Shown piece by piece: positions 1 through 7,334 of a DNA stretch of 64,000 bases. Within the stretch, counting starts at the first letter, position 1. Each line of letters starts with the position of its first letter. The notes under the pieces were generated by a model. That model had not been told where the DNA came from and did not search any database. It saw nothing but the letters and a program-made list of their open reading frames with translations. The DNA comes from Candidatus Hydrogenedentota bacterium (GTDB taxonomy: Bacteria > Hydrogenedentota > Hydrogenedentia > Hydrogenedentales > SLHB01): positions 391,089 to 455,088 of the forward strand of contig CAXXYE010000001.1 in the NCBI GenBank assembly GCA_963674865.2, in the 5' to 3' direction. Position numbers and translations under genes: made by a program.

Positions 1-1
1 C

Positions 2-322
2 GGGGTCGAGGTCATCTGGACCATCGACTGGACCGGCGGGCCGAAACAGCTTGCCGCAGCCAAAGAACGACACGAATCCGGCGATATCGGCGTGTTTGAC
101 CCCATTTCCGGCGCATTTGTGACGCGTTTTGCGGACAAGGCGGACCGGCTCTACGTGGCGGATGTATCCGGCGACTGGCGTGAGGAGCTTATCGTACTGC
201 AAGGCAATGAGTTGCGCATCTACCACAATCCCGAGCCCAACCCAAATCCCAACCACCCCCGCCTATGGACTCACCCCCACTATCGCCGGAGCAAAATGAC
301 CTGGAACTACTACAGCCCGTGA
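2..322 (+). CDS. C-terminal fragment of an FG-GAP/beta-propeller protein (rhamnogalacturonan lyase family 11-like); 5' end outside window
   Basis: Frame is open from base 2 (GVEVIWTIDW...); contains 'YVADVSGDWREELIV', which resembles the PL11 C-terminal DxxGDWREE motif. Confidence 0.55.
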   Translation, partial: GVEVIWTIDWTGGPKQLAAAKERHESGDIGVFDPISGAFVTRFADKADRLYVADVSGDWREELIVLQGNELRIYHNPEPNPNPNHPRLWTHPHYRRSKMTWNYYSP

Positions 323-386
323 GACTTACATTGGTCGTTGCGGCCACTAACCTGAACGCTGCCAGCGAGGAATGGGGAGGAAAAGG

Positions 387-1991
387 ATGCGAGAGCTGTG
401 GGCCGATGTGGTGATAGTTGGAGGCGGGGTGGGGGGATGTGCGGCGGCGCTGGCGGCGGCGCGCAACGGCCAGCAGGTCGTGATGACTGAGGAGACCGAC
501 TGGATTGGCGGTCAACTCACGGCGCAAGCCGTGCCGCCGGACGAGCATCGGTGGATCGAAACACATGGCGGGACAAGGGCTTACAAGGAATACCGCACGC
601 GGGTGCGTGACTATTACCGGCGGAACTATCCACTGACGGCGGCCGCGCGGGCCGATGAGCGTTTGAACCCCGGGAACGGGGGCGTGTCCGCGCTGTGCCA
701 CGAGCCGCGCGTGGCGCTGGCGGTGCTATGGGAGATGTTGGCGCCTTATCTCGGCAGCGGGCGTGTCCGGGTCCTGCTGCGTCATCAGGCGGTCGAGGCA
801 GCGATAGACGGAGACGAGGTGACGGGGGTCACAGTGCGGAACCTCGATACAGGGGCTGAGATAGGGCTACAAGGCACGTACTACCTTGATGCAACTGAAC
901 TTGGGGATCTGCTGCCGCTGACGGGCACTGAATACGTGACGGGGGCGGAATCGCGGAGCGAGACGGGTGAGCCCCATGCACCGGATGAGGCACAACCGCA
1001 TAATGTACAAGCGTTTACGTACTGCTTCGCCATGGATTATCTTGAGGGCGAGAATCACGTCATCGACAAACCGCGCGACTATGACTTCTGGCGCTCCTAT
1101 GTTCCCGAACTCACCCCGCCGTGGCCCGGCAAGCTCCTGGACTGGACGGCAACCCATCCCACCACGCTCGAACCAAGGACGAAGCGTTTCGATCCGCTCC
1201 ATGAGACGCGTGAGAACCGCGGATTGTGGATCTTCCGCCGGATCGCCGGTCGCTCGAACTTCACGGAGGGGTTCTACCGGAGCGATATCTGCCTGGTGAA
1301 CTGGCCGCAAATCGACTACTGGCTGGGCGATATCATCGAGGCGAGTGAGGCGGAGAGGACGCTGCATCTCGAGCGGGCCAAACAACTTAGCCTGTCCATG
1401 CTCTACTGGATGCAGACGGAGGCGCCGCGGCCCGACGGGGGCACGGGGTGGCCGGGACTCCGGCTCCGGAGGGACATCGTCGACACGGCCGATGGGCTGG
1501 CGAAATACCCCTACATCCGGGAATCGCGCCGCATCCGGGCGGAGTTTACGGTGGTCGAGCAACACGTTGGCGTGGACGCGCGGATGGCCGCAACCGGCCG
1601 GGAGCGGGAGGGGCTGGCGGCCGAATCGTTCGCGGACTCCGTGGGTGTGGGGAGTTACCGGATTGACCTGCATCCGAGTTCGAGCGGGGACAACTATATC
1701 GACATCGATTCGCTCCGGTTCCAGATTCCCCTCGGGGCGCTGATTCCCCGGCGCGTGGAGAACCTGCTGCCAGCCTGCAAGAACCTGGGCGTCACGCATA
1801 TCACCAACGGCTGCTACCGCCTGCACCCGGTGGAGTGGAACATCGGGGAGTCGGCCGGGTCGCTCGCGGCGTTCTGCCTAGAAAGAAAGGCCGTGCCGCG
1901 GCAGGTGAGGAACACGCCCGCGCTGCTCAACGAGTTCCAGGCGTTTCTTGCGGGGCAGGGCGTTGAACTTGCCTGGCCGGAGGAGGCGTAA
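387..1991 (+). CDS. FAD-dependent oxidoreductase (FAD_oxidored family)
   Basis: Rossmann motif VVIVGGGVGGCAAA, 'DATELGDL', 'RESRRI', 'RLHPVEWNIGE'; GGGAGG RBS before ATG 387. Confidence 0.9.
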   Translation: MRELWADVVIVGGGVGGCAAALAAARNGQQVVMTEETDWIGGQLTAQAVPPDEHRWIETHGGTRAYKEYRTRVRDYYRRNYPLTAAARADERLNPGNGGVSALCHEPRVALAVLWEMLAPYLGSGRVRVLLRHQAVEAAIDGDEVTGVTVRNLDTGAEIGLQGTYYLDATELGDLLPLTGTEYVTGAESRSETGEPHAPDEAQPHNVQAFTYCFAMDYLEGENHVIDKPRDYDFWRSYVPELTPPWPGKLLDWTATHPTTLEPRTKRFDPLHETRENRGLWIFRRIAGRSNFTEGFYRSDICLVNWPQIDYWLGDIIEASEAERTLHLERAKQLSLSMLYWMQTEAPRPDGGTGWPGLRLRRDIVDTADGLAKYPYIRESRRIRAEFTVVEQHVGVDARMAATGREREGLAAESFADSVGVGSYRIDLHPSSSGDNYIDIDSLRFQIPLGALIPRRVENLLPACKNLGVTHITNGCYRLHPVEWNIGESAGSLAAFCLERKAVPRQVRNTPALLNEFQAFLAGQGVELAWPEEA

Positions 1992-2015
1992 TTGAGCATT
2001 GTGTCCCCAAGATTG
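1990..2015 (+). repeat. Degenerate right-end-type site AATT-N8-TGTCCC-caagATT
   Basis: Same layout as the RAYT right IR (AATT-N7-TGTCCC-...ATT); overlaps the TAA stop of the upstream oxidoreductase. Confidence 0.5.
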
Positions 2016-2062
2016 CGTAGCCGCCTTGAGATTGTTCTGCATGGTTCGAGGGGATGTGCCCT

Positions 2063-2527
2063 ATGACAGACTCTCTAGACGAGGACGCAAGGGAGAGTGC
2101 AGACATGCAGCAGAAAGAGATCTCCGGCTGGCGCGTTGTCGGCTCTGTATATGCATTCATTCACCTATGCTATCTGGTGAGAGCATGCTCTGAACTCTTC
2201 TTCGGACTTGCAGACCCGCATGATCCTGCTGGTCGAATGATACTTAGAGATCAAGTTGTCGTGGCATTTCCTCTTTCGCTAATTCTGGCGCTGGCTATCT
2301 GGGCCTTGATTACCAAGGCTGTGGGAGGGCGCTGGCAAGTGTTCTTCTTGCTTATAGCTGGAGTTGTCTGTTTGGACCTTGTGTCGAATTTCCTTAGTCT
2401 GTCGATTGGGGGGGCTCTGGTACTTGAAGGCGCGATGTTCCTACTGATGTCAATGGCCGTTGCTGCTGTCCGTCCAAGTGTGATGCCAAAAGGCAGGGAG
2501 AGTGGAGGCACGTCAGGGGGAAAATGA
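2063..2527 (+). CDS. Small multi-pass membrane protein (about 4 TM), cargo gene 1
   Basis: Four hydrophobic segments; GAGGGG RBS at 2048-2053; sampled 60-nt lines are 42-52% GC, below the flanking genes. Confidence 0.7.
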   Translation: MTDSLDEDARESADMQQKEISGWRVVGSVYAFIHLCYLVRACSELFFGLADPHDPAGRMILRDQVVVAFPLSLILALAIWALITKAVGGRWQVFFLLIAGVVCLDLVSNFLSLSIGGALVLEGAMFLLMSMAVAAVRPSVMPKGRESGGTSGGK

Positions 2528-2560
2528 AGGGGAAAATAAAAGGACAGACTACGAATTAAG

Positions 2561-2589
2561 TTGAATCTCCTGCCCGAAGGCGCTACACT
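2561..2589 (+). promoter_or_regulatory. sigma70-type promoter, probably leaderless, of RAYT 1
   Basis: TTGAAT-17 nt-TACACT, then 6 nt to the ATG at 2596; no RBS. Confidence 0.65.
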
Positions 2590-2595
2590 CGGGTC

Positions 2596-3303
2596 ATGAG
2601 TCGGGTAGCGCGAGTGGTGGTACCGGGGTTTGCTCACCACGTTACGCAACGGGGGAATCGGCGGGCCGACGTGTTTGAGACCGACGGGGACCGCAAGGCC
2701 TATCTCGGATATCTGAAGAGGTACGGTGACAAGCACGGCCTTGAGGTGTGGGCGTACTGTCTGATGACGAATCACATTCACCTGGTGGTGGTTCCGAGGC
2801 GGGCGGATTCCCTGGGCCTGACGCTACGCGACGCCCACACGGTATACGCCATGCACTTCAACGGGCGCACGCATATGACCGGTCACGTCTGGCAGGGGCG
2901 TTTCTGCTCGTGCCCGCTGGACGAGACGCACCTGTGGGCGGCGGTTCGGTACGTCGAGCGCAATCCGGTGCGGGCGGGCTTGGTCGAGCGCGCGGAGGAG
3001 TACGCGTGGTCCAGCGCGGCGGCCCATTGCGGTTTGCGGCCGGACGGCGTATTATCTGAGGAGTTCCCCCCGGCGGGCGTGATACAGGACTGGCGCGCAT
3101 GGCTGCACGAAGGCGAAGAGGATGATAGCGTCGAGCGCATTCGCCGCGACACGAAGACCGGACGGCCCTGCGGCTCGGCATCGTTCCTTGTCCAACTGGA
3201 GCACCTTCTCCGCCGGACCTTGCGTCCTGGCACACGCGGCCGCAAACCAAAGTCCCGACTGGATTCAGCACGGCCGCCTGGAAAGAAGCGGAGAAATTCG
3301 TAG
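2596..3303 (+). CDS. REP-associated tyrosine transposase-like HUH/Y1 transposase (copy 1)
   Basis: HHVTQRGN, HUH motif 'CLMTNHIHL', 'WQGRF', catalytic 'RYVERNPVRAGLV', 'YAWSSA'. Confidence 0.92.
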   Translation: MSRVARVVVPGFAHHVTQRGNRRADVFETDGDRKAYLGYLKRYGDKHGLEVWAYCLMTNHIHLVVVPRRADSLGLTLRDAHTVYAMHFNGRTHMTGHVWQGRFCSCPLDETHLWAAVRYVERNPVRAGLVERAEEYAWSSAAAHCGLRPDGVLSEEFPPAGVIQDWRAWLHEGEEDDSVERIRRDTKTGRPCGSASFLVQLEHLLRRTLRPGTRGRKPKSRLDSARPPGKKRRNS

Positions 3304-3404
3304 TCTGTCCCTTTATTTCCCCCTTTATTTCCCTCAAGGAACACGTGTCCTCTTGAGGTGAGTGAGAGCATCAGAAGCTGCAGGTACACAACTAAGGCCA
3401 AGTC

Positions 3405-3986
3405 TTGAACAAGACACAGCGGAGATTCTGGGCGGCAGGCGGCCTCGCCATCGCATCGGTGCTCGTTGGCGCCGGACTTGCCTCATTGGGCTCCAGGCAG
3501 ACCAGTCCGATGCTACCTCCCTTCCTGCGGATCCCGTGTACGATTCTGATAGCCTGTGGTGCTGGGACAGGGCTTTCTGCCGTGCGGAGTTCAGCGCGGC
3601 AGCGGAGACTTGTGTTGGGCCTCGGGCTTTATGGATGGGCGGCCTTGCTTTATTCTGCAGCAGGAGGCCCGTTTCTGACATGTTGGCCCATCTTTGCCGT
3701 CGCATTGGGCTCACTCCCCGGTGTAGTGTTGGCTGGGAGATTTCTTCTGTCTAGGGATCGGGAGCCCTCACGGCGAAGGATGCCTGAGATTTTCGGAAGA
3801 CTGTTCGCCGCGCTTTGCGTTGCTATGGGCACTTGCTCTCTGCTGGAGGGCGGCAAACCGAAGGCGCTTGCCCTGCTGCTATCTCTGCCCCTCATCGGGC
3901 TCGGGCTTTGTGGACTCATATTCATTGAGGATTCTGTGAAGCGACATGGCGTGGAGAATAGAGGAGGAATGCGGGAGAATCTATGA
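3405..3986 (+). CDS. Small multi-pass membrane protein (5-6 TM), cargo gene 2
   Basis: Multiple hydrophobic segments; fills the space between the two RAYT units; sampled lines about 55-57% GC; TTG start is uncertain. Confidence 0.6.
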   Translation: MNKTQRRFWAAGGLAIASVLVGAGLASLGSRQTSPMLPPFLRIPCTILIACGAGTGLSAVRSSARQRRLVLGLGLYGWAALLYSAAGGPFLTCWPIFAVALGSLPGVVLAGRFLLSRDREPSRRRMPEIFGRLFAALCVAMGTCSLLEGGKPKALALLLSLPLIGLGLCGLIFIEDSVKRHGVENRGGMRENL

Positions 3987-4018
3987 TAGGGAAATATAGG
4001 GACAGACTACGAATTACC

Positions 4019-4047
4019 TTGACTGCCCTGCCCTCGGGTGCTAGGCT
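4019..4047 (+). promoter_or_regulatory. sigma70-type promoter, probably leaderless, of RAYT 2
   Basis: TTGACT-17 nt-TAGGCT with extended -10 TG, then 6 nt to the ATG at 4054. Confidence 0.7.
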
Positions 4048-4053
4048 CGGGCT

Positions 4054-4758
4054 ATGGGTCGGGTGGCACGAGTGGTGGTACCGGGGTTTGCCCACCACGT
4101 GACGCAACGGGGGAATCGGCGGGCCGACGTGTTCGAGACCGATGGGGACCGCGAGGCCTATCTCGGATACTTGAAGAAGTACGGGGACAAGTACGGCCTT
4201 GAGGTTTGGGCATACTGTTTGATGACGAATCACATTCACCTGGTGGCGGTGCCGAGACGGGCGGTTTCCCTGGGCCTTACGCTACGGGACGCCCACACGG
4301 TATACGCCATGTACTTCAACGGCCGCACGCACATGACCGGGCACGTCTGGCAGGGGCGTTTCTACTCGTGCCCGTTGGACGAGACGCACCTGTGGGCAGC
4401 GGTTCGCTACGTCGAGCGCAATCCGGTGCGGGCGGGCTTGGTCGAGCGGGCGGAGGAGTACGCGTGGTCGAGCGCGGCCGGGCATTGCGCATTGCGGCCA
4501 GACGGTGTATTATCCCAGGAGTTCCCCCCGGCGGGCGTGATACAGGACTGGCGCGCATGGCTGCACGAAGGCGAAGAGGATGATAGCGTCGAGCGCATTC
4601 GCCGCTACACCAAGACGGGACGGCCCTGCGGCTCGGCATCGTTCCTTGATCAACTTGAGCACCTTCTCACTCGCACGTTGCGTCCGGGCAAACGCGGTCG
4701 GAAACGCAAGTCCCCAACGCGTTCCCAACAGGCCCCGAAACAAGGGCTTAATTCGTAG
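4054..4758 (+). CDS. REP-associated tyrosine transposase-like HUH/Y1 transposase (copy 2)
   Basis: Same motifs as copy 1; near-identical protein apart from the C-terminal ~13 aa. Confidence 0.92.
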   Translation: MGRVARVVVPGFAHHVTQRGNRRADVFETDGDREAYLGYLKKYGDKYGLEVWAYCLMTNHIHLVAVPRRAVSLGLTLRDAHTVYAMYFNGRTHMTGHVWQGRFYSCPLDETHLWAAVRYVERNPVRAGLVERAEEYAWSSAAGHCALRPDGVLSQEFPPAGVIQDWRAWLHEGEEDDSVERIRRYTKTGRPCGSASFLDQLEHLLTRTLRPGKRGRKRKSPTRSQQAPKQGLNS

Positions 4759-4930
4759 TCTGTCCCTGAAATTCGCCCTGAAATTCGCCGTCCCTGAAAT
4801 TCGCCTATTTCTCATTGCTGAATTCTGAGGGAACATGATGGGAATTCCGGGGGATAGAGTCTTCGATTGCTTCCACGTAGATCCCTCAACCGCGGTCGTG
4901 TGCTCTTGTGTGGGATGGGCCGGGGAGGTG

Positions 4931-5329
4931 CTACTCGGCGGGTATGATCTCGATCCAGGCTTTCCGGGTGCGGGGGCCGTCGAATTCGGCGAAGTAGATG
5001 GATTGCCATGTGCCGAAGGCCAGGCGGCCGCCCTCGATGGGCACGGTGACGCTGAATCCCATGAGGCTGGCCTTGACGTGGGCGGCGGAGTTGCCTTCGC
5101 CGTGGGCGTAGTTCCCTTGCCAAGGGATGAGTCGATCCAGCACGGCTTTGATGTCGCGCACGACGTCGGGGTCGGCGTTTTCGTTGATGGTGATTCCGGC
5201 GGTGGTGTGGGGGACGAAGACATGGCAGACGCCGTGCGCAACGCCCGATTCTTCGACGACGCGCTGGACTTCGCGGTCGATGTTGACGAATTGGCAGTGT
5301 TCTTTGGTGCGAACGGTGAGTTGTTTCAT
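4931..5329 (-). CDS. yjbQ: YjbQ/UPF0047 family protein
   Basis: 'VPHTTAGITINENADPDV', 'GNSAAHVKASL', 'GTWQSIYFAEFDGPR'. Confidence 0.92.
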   Translation of the reverse strand: MKQLTVRTKEHCQFVNIDREVQRVVEESGVAHGVCHVFVPHTTAGITINENADPDVVRDIKAVLDRLIPWQGNYAHGEGNSAAHVKASLMGFSVTVPIEGGRLAFGTWQSIYFAEFDGPRTRKAWIEIIPAE

Positions 5330-5358
5330 GTTGGTAGTCTCTCCTTGGGAAAGGACCT

Positions 5359-5501
5359 GGGACAGTACCGTCTGCGTCCGCCTACGGCGGACTCCGCTTG
5401 GGACAGTCCCGGTGTTTCGCTCAACCTCTGGGGCGAATGCGATTTCTTCAACAGCTCCACAGTCCCGTCTCGTCCGCCTGCGGCGGACTCGCTTGGGACA
5501 G
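5359..5501. repeat. Two copies of a ~45-bp REP-like hairpin unit
   Basis: acagtaccgtctgcgtccgcctacggcggactccgcttgggacag (5362-5406) and acagtcccgtctcgtccgcctgcggcggactcgcttgggacag (5459-5501); core GTCCGCC-N3-GGCGGAC stem. Confidence 0.75.
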
Positions 5502-5547
5502 GCCGCTGCTTCTGTATTCTCTGTGGCTGCTCGATGTCGACTATTGG

Positions 5548-5605
5548 GGAAATCAGGGACAGACACGTCTTAGCTTCGCTTCGCTTGTGTCAGTCCCCGA
5601 TTTCC
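5548..5605. repeat. 58-bp inverted-repeat mini-element with RAYT-like ends
   Basis: GGAAATCAGGGACAGACAC ... GTGTCAGTCCCCGATTTCC, 17/19 IR; shares GGAAAT-Nx-GGGACAGAC with the RAYT ends. Confidence 0.75.
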
Positions 5606-5636
5606 GCCGAGCCGCGTCCTTGCATGCCGTGAGTTG

Positions 5637-7334
5637 TTAGAACTCCATGTTATTGAGGTTCCTGAGGCCGAGGCGCATGGGCACGATCATTCCGAGGCCG
5701 CTTACGACGGTTACGAGTACGAGCACGCCGCCCAAGGCCCACCAGAATGCCGCGGGATTCTGGAAGAGGCCGAGGACGCGCCAATTGAGTACGAGCGTTT
5801 GCGCGCCTACGACCACGGCGACGTAGGCGACGCTGAGTACGAAGTTCAGGGTGCCGCCCATTCCCGATACGATGCGCGCGGGATTTTCTTCGTGAAAATT
5901 GGGATACAGCGTCCCGAGGCCCACGGCCAATCCGGCGAGGCCGAAGTTCGTGATGCAGACGCTGTATACGGAGAGGATGAAGTAGATCGAATTGAGTTTG
6001 AGCATGATGCCGGAGAGGACAACCAGGCCGACGGTGAAGGTGGAGGTTGTGGCGACGCTGAGCCAGAACTTCTGCCAGACGATGCGGCGGAATGAGATGG
6101 GCGCCAGGCCGAGCACCCAGAAGCGGCGTCCCTCGAGGCTCACGAGGGGAAAGACAAACCGGCTCGTCAGCGTGGCCAGGATGAGTGTGCACGCGCCGAT
6201 GTTCAGGCAGGCGACCCAGTTGCGCCAGAAGTCGTTTTCGGTGTACATCCGCGCGTTGCGGAGGTTGGCGATGTATACGGCCATGATTCCGAAGAAGATG
6301 ACGAACTGCGACCACTGGGTCGGGTCGCGCCAGAAGAGTTTGATGTCTTTGATGACAAGCACGCGGGTGGGATTGGGCAGCCGGTGCAAGAGCGAGTCCA
6401 AACGCCCGAGAATGCCTTTGCCCAAGGGCCGCAGGCGTTTTCGGTCCTGCCCTTGGAGGAACGACCAGCCGGGGTAGAAGAGCCGCGAGGCCACCTCGAT
6501 GGCCATCCAGGTGGCCATCAAGGCGTTGGATAGAAGCAGCAGGAACTGGAAAAGGCATTCGCCGAGGTTGCCCGTTGCGGCGGCCAGAATCCCTCGCGAG
6601 GTCCAGAAGCTCGGAAGGAATGGGGACTGCGTCTGGGCGGAGGCATCGAGCAGTACGGGGAGGAAGTTCTCTTCGGATAGGCGATCCGCGCTCAACTTGA
6701 TCCTTACGTACACGAAGAAGAGCCCGAGGACTACAGCGGCCAGGAGCGCGAGCGTCTTCGGGCGCAGGCGTGGAAAGATCCGTGCGAGAACCAGGGTGAG
6801 CAGGCTTCCCGTCGCGGCGGGCAGCAATACGAAGGGCGGATAGAACGCGGCCGAGGCGACGTAGAACGCGGGGCCTGCGCCGTTCACGAGGCCGTAGGCC
6901 AGAATCATGGGCGAGCCAAGGTACGCGAGTGCCCATGAACTGAAGACGATGCACTCGGCGAATCGCGCCACGAAGAGCGTTCGGTAGGACATGGGACTTT
7001 GGACGAGGTACGCGACTTCGCGGGATCGGTAGAGGGTGGAGAAGGCCACCAGGACATTCGAGAAGATGAGCATGAAGAACACGGCCAGCGTCAGCACCGA
7101 CAGCATGCGCGCCATGATGACGTCGCCGATAGTGAGGGCGAAATCGCCGGCGGTTCCCCCGAAGCGGGCCAGCCAGCCGAATCCTTCGAAGAATACGCCA
7201 AACACGAAGAGCCAGAGGCCGATGGCGGAAATGCTGATGACGGCTACCTTCAGCCTGGACTCGTTCCGCACGGAGGCGACGGCGTGCACGCCCATGCGCA
7301 GCTTCACCCAGGCAATCGTGGCGACCTGGCTCAC
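5637..7334 (-). CDS. ABC exporter permease subunit
   Basis: 565 aa, many TM helices, 'KDIKLFWRD', 'SLEG'; overlaps the ATPase gene by 4 nt. Confidence 0.85.
   Translation of the reverse strand: MSQVATIAWVKLRMGVHAVASVRNESRLKVAVISISAIGLWLFVFGVFFEGFGWLARFGGTAGDFALTIGDVIMARMLSVLTLAVFFMLIFSNVLVAFSTLYRSREVAYLVQSPMSYRTLFVARFAECIVFSSWALAYLGSPMILAYGLVNGAGPAFYVASAAFYPPFVLLPAATGSLLTLVLARIFPRLRPKTLALLAAVVLGLFFVYVRIKLSADRLSEENFLPVLLDASAQTQSPFLPSFWTSRGILAAATGNLGECLFQFLLLLSNALMATWMAIEVASRLFYPGWSFLQGQDRKRLRPLGKGILGRLDSLLHRLPNPTRVLVIKDIKLFWRDPTQWSQFVIFFGIMAVYIANLRNARMYTENDFWRNWVACLNIGACTLILATLTSRFVFPLVSLEGRRFWVLGLAPISFRRIVWQKFWLSVATTSTFTVGLVVLSGIMLKLNSIYFILSVYSVCITNFGLAGLAVGLGTLYPNFHEENPARIVSGMGGTLNFVLSVAYVAVVVGAQTLVLNWRVLGLFQNPAAFWWALGGVLVLVTVVSGLGMIVPMRLGLRNLNNMEF

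Larger units (their letters stand above)
2517..3332 (+). mobile_element. RAYT unit 1: Y1 transposase gene bracketed by terminal inverted repeats
   Basis: GGACAGACTACGAATT (2542-2557) and AATTCGTAGTCTGTCC (3295-3310) form a perfect 16-bp IR, extending imperfectly to about 39 bp through 12-bp tandem repeats. Confidence 0.8.
3989..4805 (+). mobile_element. RAYT unit 2 bracketed by terminal inverted repeats
   Basis: AGGGACAGACTACGAATTA (3998-4016) and TAATTCGTAGTCTGTCCCT (4749-4767) form a perfect 19-bp IR; CCCTGAAATTCG occurs three times (4764, 4776, 4792). Confidence 0.8.

Noticed and set aside
4762..4805. Triple CCCTGAAATTCG as a CRISPR mini-array
   Set aside because: The unit is 12 bp with no spacers and no cas genes; it is explained as RAYT end duplication.
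1990..4868. Classical integron or IS200/IS605 element
   Set aside because: No tyrosine recombinase, no recognisable attC sites and no tnpB; the protein has RAYT-type motifs and terminal IRs.
4835..5632. 265-aa plus-strand ORF and the 79-aa N-terminal extension of yjbQ
   Set aside because: Antisense shadow of yjbQ and read-through across REP-like repeats.
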